Of a stretch of DNA of 64,000 bases, positions 39,160-52,348 are shown in pieces (position 1 is the stretch's first letter; the number at the start of each line of letters is the position of its first letter). The translations under genes were made by a program, and so were the position numbers. This stretch comes from Octopus sinensis (taxonomy: Eukaryota): the NCBI RefSeq assembly GCF_006345805.1, contig NC_043010.1, forward strand, positions 45,260,001 to 45,324,000, in the 5' to 3' direction. Under the pieces are notes generated by a model. It was not told where the DNA came from. It was given only the letters and a program-made list of their open reading frames with translations, and made no database searches.

Positions 39160-40532
39160 ATGTCGAAAAGTGTAACTTCGTCTGGCGAAGAGTCGTTAAC
39201 CGACAGGAAGGCAACAAAGATAGAAAGTTTAATATTTGGCGATATTTCGGATTCTTCTGAAAGGGAATTTCACCAACCATCAATGTGTATTGTTGTAAAG
39301 AAGAATATTGACGTGAAAAGCCTTCAAACAGAAGAAAATAACCAAAAAAGAAGTTTTGCGTCGGCGGCTGGAGGTGGAACCTGCCAGCTGTCGACAGACA
39401 AAAATGACCTGATAAAGTACGAAGATATGATAACAATTGAAGACGGTGTTGTGAAGGTTCAACCCCCGGAAGAACTATTAATGTTAGAAAAAAGAAAAAC
39501 AATTATTTAAAAATTTTACAGTCTAAAAGGAAAAAAAATTGTGCGAAGAGAAAGTTGAGAAATGCTTGAAACCCATCTGGCAGGATACCACATACCTAAT
39601 CAGAGGGAAGAAGTTTGGTACTATCAAAGTACGACTAAAAGATATAGAAACTGCACAAATGCACTCAGTTAAATCTTTAGAAACGGAGGACGTTGTTTTA
39701 ATTCCAGTATATATGGGAATGAGGACGTCAAAGATACGTATACGAAAGGTTCCACCTCAAGTCGACCCTATGTGATTGATAATATAGGAAGATAATATAA
39801 CAAAAAATATAAAAGAAAATATAACACAAAAAGTATAAAAAGGAAGATAATATAACACTCCTTCAGGCTACTGTCACAGAAAAGGCTTATTGGACCGGTA
39901 AAACGGTTCACCTCCTAATACAAGCAGAACAGTCAATTTTGGAACAGTTACTGGAGAAAATAGAAATTGGGGAGGAATTCCTTAACGTATTCGTCGAGGG
40001 GCGTAAGCTCCGATGTTTCCAATGTGGCCAGCTGGGCTATATAAAAAAAAACACTGTAGAGACGACGAGGAAGAATCCGATGGGGAGGAGGAGGAGGAGG
40101 AGATAGGGAGAGAAACAGAAGAAAAGAAAGCAACTAACAACAAGAGAAAAATGGAAAGCTCAAATCAACCAAAACAGGTCGAACTAAGACCAAAAAAGGA
40201 ATACTGCGAAAAGAGACAAACCAAAAATAGTAAGGAAGGAAGCAGAAGACAGAGGGATAGTCGCGTTATACAGCAAAAATGAAGATTTAATGAGAGAAAT
40301 AAAAGCGAAAAGATCAGCCGCTAGGATTGCAGAACTTTCTGATAAATATAAGCACTATGAGTTCTACGAAATGGATGAAAAGACTCATAATGTATTACTT
40401 AACACGTATACTCGTAGAAAGTCGGTGTCGATGATGAGATTGGATTTAATCAATCCATTTTTCAAGACTTGCCACCTCCGAACCCTTCAAGAAAAGGTGG
40501 AGAGTCCCTTTCCGCAGGACACCCCGGATTAA
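39160..40532 (+). pseudogene. Tx1 ORF1 (gag-like), disrupted
   Basis: LIPVYMG...IRIRKVPP; VFVEGRKLRCFQCGQLGYIKK.C zinc knuckle at about 40012-40058; acidic and basic tail; frameshifts. Confidence 0.75.
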
Positions 40533-43500
40533 ATATGCGTAAATGTTCATGGCCTGATGTCTAGCTGGAAGCAAGGGCGCTTCCTAAATGACATCAGGTC
40601 AAGAACATTGGTTGTAATTGTTGCAACGGAAACTCAGGTGAAGGAGCCAAGAGATCTGCTCCCCTTCCTGAACGGCTATGAGAAATACGTTTCTCTGAGT
40701 CGGGCGGGAGGTGTTGGTGGGGTTTTGGTTCTACTAAAAAGAAACCAGGTAGCCGAGAAAAAGTTGTTGGTTTTTTTCTGATCCAGAAGGCAGGTTGGTC
40801 GTTCTCGACCTGACATTCAATTGTGGCAAGATAATCAGGCTGGTTGCAATGTATGCACCCAATGTTATGGGCTCGGAAAGTGAATATTTTCGTGACCTGT
40901 GCAAGTTCCTGGCCACGTCGCATTCGCTAGTATTGATAGGAGACTTTAATACAATCGATGACGCACACACAGATTGAGTTGGCTCGAACAGGAATAGAAA
41001 ATGTAACCCTGGCTTACGGGATCTGCTAAGTCACTTTCAGCTGGCAGATCCATATAGGATAGAACACCCGAACACTCCACAGTGGACGTGGTCAAATAGT
41101 GACGGGTCTTCCATAACATATCTAGATAGGGTTTTAATTAGAAAAACAGATATGTCCATAGCCAAGTGTTCACAGTTTTATCTAGTCAGCTACAGTTGTC
41201 ACAAGATGGTTACCTGTAAGCTGACAGTAGATAAGTTGCAGACAGGGATCTGGCTACTGAAAACTCAATACGTCCCTTTTGGCGATTGAGGAGTACAAAA
41301 AGCAGATCGAGATGTTAATACAGAGGGCATTGACAGGTACCATCATTAATAACAAATGGTGGTACACCCTAAAAAGAGCCATAAAATATGAGTCTATTAG
41401 GTTTTGCATAAGTTAGATAAGAATAAGAGATGGTCTAGTTAAGGAACTAGAAGAAGCCTGGAGGACTGGCAATGCGGACCAAGTGAAGGTGAAGAGACTG
41501 GAGCTGAACCAGCATCTTGAAACCCAACACATGGGAAGTATTGCCAGAGCTAAGTTACGTGCGATGGGAAGTGAAGGAATTAAGGCTGCTGGATGGCCCC
41601 GAGTGGTGGAAGCTCGACAAGGAAATAGGTCTACTATTCGGTCTTTGACGAATCAAAATGGTGTCTTGGTAAACGAACCCGAGAAAATGTGTGAGGTACT
41701 TCGCCCAGCTGTTCGGGGGTGATGGCGGTCCTGATGGTCCTCGAGGACTTTCTTGCCGAGCTGCGTGCCTCTCGGGGTCGGATACTGAGTCTTGCGAAGG
41801 GCCGATCACGCCTGTGGAGGTAATGGAGGCTATGGCCGACTGTAAAGCGGGTAAGTCGCCGGGAATTGATGGTCTTCCGTACGAGCTGTATAAATGTATG
41901 CCAGACTTGTTCGGGCCCTACTGGATGATGTGCACGCGAACTGACAACAGAATGGGTTTATCCCCAGACCTGTGCGCCGAGGAGTAGTGACGTTGGTCAG
42001 AAAGGACCCGGACAAGAGGGACGTTTTAGATAACATCAGGCCCATCACTCTGTTAAACGCAGAAGTGAAGATTTAGGCCATGATCTTAGCAAAAAGGTTG
42101 GCGCGTGTCGCGAATTGTATAGTCGAGAAGGCACAGACATGTGCCATTGCAGACAGAACCATCCAGGATAATCTCTACCTTATTCACTATACCATAGAGA
42201 GGGTTGGTGATAAATCTGGCAAAGGTAGGGCATTGGTACATTTGGCCCAGTCTAAAGCTTTTGATAGGGTTGACCATCGATACCTGACGACTGTGCTTGC
42301 GCGGTTCGGCCTAGGTCTTGGCTTCCTCAGGTGGTTTATCACTTTGTATCACAAGATTGACTCGATAGTTCGGGTGAACGGTTTCCTTTCGAAGCCGTTC
42401 TGCATCAGGCGCTCGGTTCGTCAAGGATGTCCGCTCTCACCACTTTTGCATGTGGTGACTCTCGAAACCCTACTGCGAAGGTTGAGTGGCATCCCGAGAG
42501 AACTAGGTTTAGAGGAGTTTGTTACAGCTTATGCGGACGATATCACTATCAGCGTAACCACACTAGCAAACCCACGTGAAGTGGGTAAAGCTATTGAGGT
42601 TTATGAGACGGTGGCAGGAGCAAAGATTAACCGGGAAAAGTCAGTCGGCTTGCAACTCGGCACCTGGGTTGGCAAGTTGATGCCTTCAGACAGTGTTGTT
42701 GGGCGCTGGACAGAGGGACCGGTTAACTTGCTGGGAGTCTGGTTTGGACCAGGCCTCCAGATAGAGAAGAAATGGACGGAGGTTTCGAACAGGGTGGCTG
42801 CAGTTGTCAAGACCTGGTATTGGCGGTGGCTATCCTTAAAAGGGAAGGAGGAGGTGGCCAATATGTTTATCGCATCGGTCATTACCTACCGCCTGACAGT
42901 CGTGCCCTTTCCGGATTCATGGTTGATCAAGTTGGAGAGACAGCTCTTTCGCTTTTTGTGGGAGGGCAGGTTGCGACTTGTGAAACGCTCCGTCTGTTGT
43001 CAAAAGCCGTTAAAGGGAGGTTTAGGGATACATTGGTTAATGATGCGCAGGCATGCGTTGAGGTTGAGATATCTCTGGATTCTCCTGGCTGGTGAACGGA
43101 TGTGGTCTTCACTGGCCAAACAAAAGTTCCACGAGTTCAAAAATGTTTGCAAACAGGAAGCCTGGTGTTTTCGTAGACCGAGGTCGAGTGAATGACATAA
43201 AGAGTACCGTAAGGCCCTCCTGCTACTCCGGCGCTCGGGCAACGCCAGCGGTGGGGGCTCTACACGAATTTTAGATATTGGGTTGGTAGAGTCTGGATGT
43301 GACGATGGCCTGGAGGCGACTCTAGGTCTCGGGTTTATTCAACTGGATAGCCTGTTCCATTGTACATTCGGGTTGATAACGTTGGACAACTTCCAAAAGT
43401 CTTTGACCTGGCGATGTTACAGAGGTGCCTTGCCCGTTTGGGATAAGACATGGTAAACGTCAGTCTCCGACCTGTCCAAGATGCGGGGGAGACAGGGAAA

Positions 43501-43880
43501 CCGTCCCTCACGCTATTGTCCAGTGTCCGGAGATATCTGAAATGTGGGTTTAAGCTGAACACCTGTTGTCCGGCGAAGGAAGAGTACGGCTGTTGACTGA
43601 GTCAATTATAAAAATTGACCCACCGGAAGTTTTAACAAGCGAAGGTAAGGATTATTTTCTCACGGTTGTAGCAATAGAGAAAGAGGCACTATGGAAGACT
43701 AGGATAAAAGGGATTGAGACAGATAACTTTATCTCCGGCCACTATTTACGATTTTTTTTTTTTTTTACTTTTCATTTGGAAAGGAAGGTGTGGCTGGAGA
43801 AGAGGTCTCTGTCGGAGAGTATGTTCAAAAAGAGATGGAAACATGTTGCACAAGTGTTGTGCGTGCAAGGAACCGTGTGA
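40530..43880 (+). pseudogene. Tx1 ORF2 (APE endonuclease - RT - CCHC), disrupted
   Basis: VNVHGL, ATET, LIGDFN, WTW..YLDR; KSPGIDGLPYELY, RPITLLN, KAFDRVDH, RQGCPLSP, YADD; CPRCGGDRETVPHAIVQC. Confidence 0.93.
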
Positions 43881-44344
43881 ATAGGCTATAAAAGAAAAAC
43901 AAAAAAAGTACCAGCGATAGATCGGGGCTTGTGGGGTCGGAGCGTGGCCTCATCATCGCTACATTTGTGCTGTCTGTGTATTGTTAATTTCATTCGATTT
44001 TAAAAAAATTTTAACATAATTCTTATATTCATATTTTATGTAAAATCATAACATATTACTGATCCCAATCAGTTGTTTTGTCCATTTCTGTGTTTGGCCC
44101 CCTGTGGGCAATAAAGAAATTGGTATTTCGTCTGCTGCTACGTTCTGGGTTCAAATTGCGCCGATGTTGATTTTGCCTTTCGTCGTTTCGAAATTAAGTA
44201 CCAGCTGCGTACTGGGGTCGATCTAATCGACTAGCCCCTCCCCAAAATTTCGGGCCTTGTGCTTAGAGTAGAAAAGAATATAGGTACATAAAAACACAGA
44301 AGCATTTCAAGAGGAATAAGTTAGAGATAACTTATTATCGTAAC

Positions 44345-44500
44345 CATGGGCGGACCCAGGGGTTGCCTGAGGGGTACGTGCCCTACTCAAGAAAAGAAGT
44401 GCGCCTTTCTAAATAATGTTATTGAGCCCTTTTTCTCCTGGAATTGTATTCCCTTCTGACCTTGTGCCCTCCCTTCGAAAAATTCCAGGGACCGCGCCTG
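44345..44500. mobile_element. Short hAT-like MITE
   Basis: Imperfect TIRs catgggcggaccc / gggaccgcgcctg; flanks gtaac and gtaag. Confidence 0.45.
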
Positions 44501-46369
44501 GTAAGTGTACATTCTTACCTCAAAATGTATTGTCTATTGAGTGAGGGGTGGTGGTGGATGAGCATTACTAGGAGTATGAGGAACAATATTTACTATTTTA
44601 TAATTCATTATCAGGAACATCAGCTTGAGGATGAAGAACGTATCCAAAGTTGTTTCTTGTTTCTGATGCATCATCTCTTTGTACAGCTCAATATTGGAAC
44701 ATGTTCACGATTTAGATCATTATCAAGCAAAATGGACTTGCAGTCAATTTGGAGTCAGTTGGATTTTACTGCGAACTAAAACTGTATCACAATCTAAGCG
44801 TGGTGGGTTTTACCTACTACTCTATAATGTTTAGTATACTCAGAAAATATTGATCACTTTTTAATTGATGCTGCGCAAATTTGATAACTGTAGTATAGTA
44901 AAATGAATCGAATATTTTTTTTTTGTATCCCATACACTATTGTAATAAGAAGAGTCAATTACTTAAAACTTTTGGTATCAGAAGTATCCAACAACGGATG
45001 GCTATTCCGCTTGATTTCAGGAAGATGTAAAATGATAGATTGACGAGCATATCTTTTCCGTGGTCATTAGCGCTATACATCAAATGGCTATGAACGGGAA
45101 TCGAACTAAGATTGCAATATAGTACTGATACTTATAACACTAATGCCGAAGAGATAAAAGATAACATCCCAGTCGGCAATATTTCAAGTCAGAATCTAGA
45201 GGAACGAAACTAAACATAGCTAAGCATTTGTTTAATCTGTTGCTCAGATATTAGTAAAAACCTTGAAGTGATTGAAAAACCATGTTTTGTAATGGCCATT
45301 ATTATACTTCCAAAGTAGCCTTAACGGCTTCAAAGAGATGTCTTCTGGAAAAAAATATATATTCATAAATAAATCTCTCCCACTGTTTGTAACAACCAAT
45401 TTCTGCTAAATGGAAGCCTACCATAAACAGAATGGATTTATCTGCAATGCAACCCATAAATATAACTGCTATAAATATGTATTAAAATAACCCATGCATT
45501 AGATTTGAAGATAAAACAGAAAATAACTAGAGAATGTCAATATTGAGAAGCTGCTTGTTAGGTCGAAACATGAATAAATAGATAAATATAACTAAGAAAA
45601 ACGATTACTCATATTCCTCGAAAATTAATATTTTAAGAAATTCAAATTTGGGAGTTGCAATCGTAGTAATATGAAAGATTTTTTTAAAAAAAATATTTGC
45701 CGTTTACTCGGGTGAAATCAATATTTATAAATTTCCTTTAGCTGAAACATAATCAATAATCCCTGGGTGAGACTAACTTCATGCATTCGCTTTTGATGAG
45801 ACATTAAAACCATGTTTATTAGTTGATATTTGTTGCTTCTGTTCCTGTTGTTGGTGTTATTATTATTATTATTATTGTTGTTGTTGTTTTTGTTATTATT
45901 TGGTTTAGTAGTTAAATTGAATTAATTTCTTTTGGCTCTTTATTTTTGGTTTTTTTTTTACACCAGAGCAGAGAAATCTATGGGTGGAAATGCTGGGCTC
46001 TGTTTGAGCAAAAGAAATACAACTTCAGATTCATAATTTGCAGGCTAAATTACATTTTTCTGTTGAAAGGGAGAAAGCAAAGAATTTCAACATTTTATAT
46101 AGCTTGGTAGACTGCATCGCTGCGTTTTGGGTAAAAAGTTAAGATTTTCTTTCGCTTAACTCTTGTATACCGTAAGAACTCATTTAACCTCTCCAACTCG
46201 AGCGCTTTATTTGCCATTAACGCTTATTACAAGGCCAGTGAATTGGCAGCATCGGTTATGTAACTTTTTTTAACTTTTTCTTCTTTTTTAATTAATTTTT
46301 TTTCTTTTTTTACATTCTGAGTTCAACTCTTACTTAGATCAAATTTCCATTTCATTTTTCTCGACTCGG

Positions 46370-47015
46370 TAAAGGCGTCGAGCTAGCAGAATCGTTAGTA
46401 CGCCGGGCGAAATGCTTAGCCGTATTTCGTCTGCCGTTACATTCTGAGTTCAAGTTCCGCAGAGGTCGACTTTGCCTTTCATCCTTAAGGATGAATTGTC
46501 CAGCGGTGGGGGGGGGGGTGAGCAAACGCAAAGACAAACAGTTACACACACATAGCTTCTTTCAGTTTCCGTCTATTAGATACTCTCAGAAGGTTTTGGT
46601 TGGTCTGGGCCTATTAGTAGAAGAAACTTGCCCAAGTGCCAGACAGTGGGATTGAACCTGGAACCATGTGGTTGGGAAGTAAACTTCTTACCACAAAGCC
46701 ACACCTGCACCTTTTAGTTCGGAAAAAAAAATTGGAGAAATGTTCTTGGTAGTGGTGCTTCTAAATCAAGACAGTGACAAATTAAGTACCAGTTATGCAC
46801 TGGGGTCGCTATAATCGACTTAATCCCTTTTGTCTGTCCTTGTTTGTCCCCTCTATGTTTTGCCCCTTGTGGGCAATAAAGAAATAAGAATCGTTAGTAC
46901 GCCGAACAAAATGCCTAGCAGCATTTCTTCCGTCTTTACGTTCTTAGTTCGAATTTCACCGAGGTCTATTTCACCTTTAATCCTTCCCAAGTCAATAAAA
47001 TAAGTACCAGTTGAG
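46370..47015 (+). mobile_element. SINE family A dimer (site A junction) interrupted by a 289-bp copied segment
   Basis: Junction aataaagaaata|agaatcgttagtacgcc at about 46886; insert at 46494-46782. Confidence 0.85.
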
Positions 47016-47544
47016 TAATACTGTGTAACACGATTTTTGTCCTTGGGTAGCAACTGTTATTTCCTATTTGCTTACCCCAAGGAAATAAGAAAAATGGCTA
47101 ATATTTCCTTCAAACTTTGCTTTTGCTACGTTTATTTAAAACCCAAAGAATCCCTCTCAGTACGTGACTACGATGCTCCCCCACTATGCCTGCTCATAAT
47201 TAGAGATGCACATATTGTCAGTCACTAAGGGACATGTTCAAGTGGTTAATGTCAAGTAACTGAAAAGCAACTCTGTGGTATTAAACAGAATATTTGTTGT
47301 ATCAATGTTTCTGCTTCAATAACTCAGCTATGAATCTGTCTGAAATGTAACGGAAAATAGGTTGGTTTCAAAATATGTATGTCTATGGCATAAAAGCAAA
47401 GTTTGAAGGGAATAGTAGTCATTTCCTTTGATTTCTAGATTGAAGCAAATATGAAATAACATTTACTGACTAAAGACAAAAAAATTAAAATGTAAAACTT
47501 GTTACACAGTATTATTGCTGTTTTTTTTTTCTTTTCTTTTATAT

Positions 47545-48405
47545 CATTTCTACTTCAGGCACAAGACCTGAAGTTTGAAAGAGGGGAAAATTCGATTGCA
47601 TTGACCCCAGCATGCAACTGGTATTTTTTCATTGACCCCGAAAAGAAAGCAAAGCAAAGAGGACCTTGGTACAATTTGAACTCAGAAGGTAAAGACAAAC
47701 AAAATACAGCTAAAGAATCTTTTGCTCGGTGGGCTTAACAATTCTGACAGCTCGCCGCCTTAATTGCGATTTTTAATATCTTTTGCATTATTGACAAAAA
47801 GCCTGAAATTTGGGTGGGGAGAGCCGAGTCGATTACATTGGTGCTTATTTCATAGACCCAGAAAAGATGAAAGTCAACGTAGGTGGAATTTGAACTCAAA
47901 ACATAAAGATTGAAGAAATACGGCAAAGCATTTTATCCGACGTGCTAAAGAATTGCCATTTTTAATATCGCCAACATCTGGTGAGCTGGCAGAAACGTTA
48001 GCAAGCCGGGCGAAATGCTTTGTGGTATTTCGTCCGCCGCTGCGTTCTGAGTTCAAATTCCGCCGAGGTCGACTTTACCTTTCATCCTTTCGGGGTCGAT
48101 AAATTAAGTACCAGTTACGCACTGGGGTCGATGTAATCGACTTAATCCCTTTGTCTGTCCTTGTTTGTCCCCTCTATGTTTAGCCCCTTGTGGGCAATAA
48201 AGAAATAAGAATCGTTAATACGCCGGGTAAAATACTTAGTGGCATTTCGTCCATCCTTAAGTTCTGAGTTCAAATTTCGCCGAGGTCAACTCTGCTTTTC
48301 ATCCACTCGGAGTTGATAAAATAAGTACCAGTTGAGTACTAGGGTCGATGTTATCGACTTACCCCCAACCCCGAACTTGCAGACCTTGTGTCAAAATTAG
48401 AAGCA
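47545..48405. mobile_element. SINE family A cluster: two minus-strand copies and a plus-strand dimer
   Basis: Site A junction at about 48207, aataaagaaata|agaatcgttaatacgccggg. Confidence 0.85.
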
Positions 48406-48519
48406 ATTTTGCCATCATCATTGTTGTTGCCAATATCACCACCATCCCGAACATCATCAATGTTCGTCTTTATCATAGCTGTCAATATTGCTATTAGAAA
48501 ATCGCGCGTGAATACATTT

Positions 48520-48900
48520 CTTTTATCTTTTACTTGCTTCAGTCAAGTGGCCATGCTGGGGCACCGCTTTGAAGGGTTTAAGTCGAACGAGTCGATCCCA
48601 GTTCTTAATGTTTTTAAAGGCAGGTACTTTTTTTATCGGTTTCTCTTTGCCGAACCGCTAAGTTTCGAGAACGTTAACAAACCACCAATTGTCCAGCGGT
48701 GGGGGGTGGGGTGAGCAAGCGCAGAGACAAAGAGTTACACACACATAGCTTCTTTCAGTTTCCGTCTATTAGATTCTCTCAGAAGGTTTTGGTTGGTCTG
48801 GGCCTATTAGTAGAAGAAACTTGCCCAAGTGCCAGACAGTGGGACTGAACCTGGAACCATGTGGTTGGGAAGTAAACTTCTTACCACAAAGCCACACCTG
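48520..48900 (-). mobile_element. SINE family B, diverged
   Basis: ttacttgcttcagtc...ttaccacaaagccacacct. Confidence 0.8.
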
Positions 48901-49064
48901 CACCTTTTAGTTCGGAAAAAAAAATTGGAGAAATGTTCTTGGTAGTGGTGCTTCTAAATCAAGACAGTGACAAATAATTTCGAAGGTGCGAAACAATTCA
49001 GCTTTAAGCATAATTGAGATTGAAAATATGACAACTTACGGTAAAACTCCTTTTGTATCTAACT

Positions 49065-49350
49065 TGCACTTTGTCAGCTACGACCACAACTGTTCCAGTT
49101 GATCCGATCAACGGAACAGCCAACTCGTGAAATTAACGTACAAGTTGCTGAGCGCTCCACAAACACGCGCACCCTTAACGTAGTGCTCAGGGAGATTCAG
49201 TGTGACATAGGATATAACAAGGCTGGCCCTTTGAAATACAAGTACAACTCATTTTTGCCAAATGTGTGGACTGGAACGACATAATATAAAGTGTCTTGCT
49301 CAAGACCACAATGCGCCGCCGGGATTCGAACTCACGACCTCGCGATCGGC
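49065..49350 (-). mobile_element. SINE family C variant (same type as 6603-6900)
   Basis: ttccagttgatccgatcaacggaacag...aagtgtcttgctcaagac. Confidence 0.8.
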
Positions 49351-49746
49351 ATTTCGTCTGTCTTTATGTTCGAAGTTCAAATTCTACCGAGCTCAACTTT
49401 GCCTTTCATCTTTTTTGGTGATCGATAAAATAAGTACCAGCCGAACAATAGGGTCGATATAATCAACTTAACCAATCCCCCAAAATTACTGTATTTGTGC
49501 CAAAATTTGAAACCATTATTATTTCAATTAAAACAATTCCAAAATTTATAATAACGCCAATGGGCTATGTGCATTTATATAGGTATCTGTGTGGAAAAGG
49601 AAATAAATGCATATATTAGTTAGTATGTTTCTAATATGCAAATATATGTCGTTCCTTTTTCTGCAATTGAGCATGTGATATACATTCGTGTACATATGTT
49701 TATTTCAAAAATCCCTGTTCTTTTTCTAATAATTATCACCCATAAC

Positions 49747-50168
49747 GGATCTTTTTGGTTTGAACGGCAGTTTTTTTCTAGCGTTGTCATATGAAATTGT
49801 CACCCATAATTATGACCCTAGTATCGATCTATTGCATTTCAATCTGTTTTAGGGTTAGGGTTAGTTAGGGATGGGGGGAAGGGTATCTTTTTTCTTCAGA
49901 AATGTAAATAAACCTTATTTGTTTCTTAAACGAGGGACATATTCATACGGCACAGAATGTTTTCACCTCAAATAGACGTCATTGATTGGTTGAAATTGCA
50001 GAAATTGAAGAAGAAAAAACAACAAATATCTTACAAACTATAGAATTTTCTCGATAAAGCCAAGAGAAAAAGATGTTTTATAAACACATTCTACCAGTAT
50101 ACGAAGTTTAAAAGTGTTTAGTTACGTGGAAATTATTTTAAAAACTGCCGTTCAAACCGAAAAGATCA
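49747..50168. mobile_element. MITE, Merlin-like, inverted copy of 23100-23554
   Basis: Same TIRs; flanks cccataac and cccacgac. Confidence 0.85.
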
Positions 50169-51127
50169 CCCACGACTTTGATGGGTGATAATGAAGAACG
50201 AAGAAGGACTTTCAATACCACTTTTGCTTGTTTCAGTTGAAATATTCCGGTCCGGTCCCTTCAAATGTGATTTAGTTCAGCCATTGTGAAGTTTGCTTCG
50301 GCCCGTCGTCTGTATTTCTATCGAAGGGCAATCTATCTGTTCAAGTCACAGATTGAAGGCAGTTGAAAGAGCAGATAATTTATTTAGATCGCTTGGTTTT
50401 GAATTAGAAAGTTGTTAGTGGTTAAGATTTGTTTTTAAAATGACATAAAAGACCGGCTGGCCTTTTCAGTGTATACATTCGATAGCGTTCATTAACGCTT
50501 CAAAGAGCATCAACAACAACTGTCACGTCAAACAATGTACCACAGCAGTAACAACTAGCATGCGATTAAACAATAGCAGAACATCATCAATAACAACAAG
50601 GAGGAGGCAGAGGAGCAATGGGTGTAGAACTGCAGCTAAATCTCCCTCGAGCCACATTTTTCAGTTTTAAATAAAGGAGTAGGCATTGGACAAAGTAGTT
50701 CCTGGTGTGTGCAAACACAGCTGGTAACAGCTGGAACCACCTTTGATCATGTCAGCCCATTCGATCAGGGCTGACATGGAATTGAACTACAACAATATCA
50801 ACAATAGCAACAATATCAATCGTAGCGACAATATCAACAACACAACAGCGACATGTTGCAAACAAAAACAGTGGCAATAATAACTACTACACTAACAAAA
50901 ATAAGTGGTTGTATTTATCTTCTGTCTAGGTAACATTTGTGACAGAACAAGAACAGCAACAACAATGATTTTTTGCTGAAAGTACCCATGGAAATTGCGT
51001 GGTTAACTTGAAAACTGTAACATGGTTGAAAGTTTAGAGAATTATGAAATAGTAGCAGTAATACCCATCGCTCATCGGGAGCCACATTCAACGTATTATT
51101 ATATATATAATTTACTCGTCCTGTATC

Positions 51128-51532
51128 ACTTTTACTTGTTTCAGTCATTTGACTGTGGCCATGCTGGAGCACCACCTTTTAGTCGAGCAAATCGACCCCA
51201 GGACTTATTCTTTGTAAGCCCAGTACTTGTTCTATCGGTCTCTTTTGCCGAACCGCTAAGTTACGGGGACCTAAACACACCAGCATCGGTTGTCAAGCGA
51301 TGTTGGGGGGGGGCAAACACAGACACACAAACACGCACATACATATATATATACATATATACATATATACAACGGGCTTCTTTCAGTTTCCGTCTACCAA
51401 ATCCACTCACAAGGCTTTGGTCGGCCCGAGGCTATAGTAGAAGACATTTACCCAAGGTGCTACGCAGTGGGACTGAACCCGGAACCATGTGGTTGGTAAG
51501 CAAGCTACTTACCACACAGCCACTCCTACGCC
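51128..51532 (-). mobile_element. SINE family B, full length
   Basis: Close reverse-complement match to 31685-32080. Confidence 0.92.
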
Positions 51533-52022
51533 TATGTGTGCATTTTTATTAGAGAAAAATATGTAACAGTTGAAGTTGAAGAAAAGATCAATTTCATGCA
51601 TGAATTTTGTTTGTTATATGACAATAATAAGTGAGTTGTATGTGTTATTTATGGCAATTGTATAATACTGTTAGAAGAGAAAAAAAACATTTAATGATTG
51701 AATTAGCAAAAAGATCAATTACATACATGAATTTCTGATAGTAATAAATGAGTTGTATGTGTTATTATATTTATCAATGCAGTAATAGCAATTATAAAAT
51801 GCAGTTCATTTAAATTGGTAATTTACTCATTCTTGAACCTAATGACAGTACAGTTCTATATTTAAGAGATGAGGAATTATTTTCATTATTTACATTATTT
51901 ACATTTGACGGGTATTTGTCCTCATCTTACTCTCCAGCCTTCATCAGGTGTCTTGGGGAAATTTCGAACCTGGGTTCTCATTCCTAAGGCATTTTTCGAT
52001 GTTTTGTTGTTGTTGTTGTTCA

Positions 52023-52088
<66 letters not shown>

Positions 52089-52192
52089 TATGCATATATA
52101 TATATATATATATATGCCATGATAGATCGTTAGCTACTACACGCATTTTTTTCTCTCCTTGTTTCTCCCCTTGTTTTTTCTGTGTATCTTCC

Positions 52193-52348
52193 TGTCGAAG
52201 AGCGTAGGCTCGAAACGTAAAAGACTTTTCTATTCCTGAGCGCTATACTAATGTATAGCGCTCAGGAATAGAAAAAGTCTTTTACGTTTCGAGCCTACGC
52301 TCTTCGACATTTGTTTGGAGTACAAACAAACGTTTGTTTGTACTCCAC
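52193..52348. repeat. Two adjacent fold-back palindromes
   Basis: Arms 52193-52248 and 52253-52309; tggagtacaaacaaac|gtttgtttgtactcca at 52317-52348. Confidence 0.95.

Larger units (their letters stand above)
38972..44121 (+). mobile_element. Full-length Tx1/L1-clade non-LTR retrotransposon inserted in a family A SINE
   Basis: Perfect 13-bp TSD ggtatttcgtctg (38959-38971, 44122-44134); host SINE 5' part at 38926-38971 and remainder at 44122-44280; two-ORF layout. Confidence 0.93.

Noticed and set aside
42080-43195. Active reverse transcriptase gene
   Set aside because: Open for 371 aa but flanked by in-frame stops and frameshifts; the first catalytic Asp reads Ala (HLAQSKAFD)
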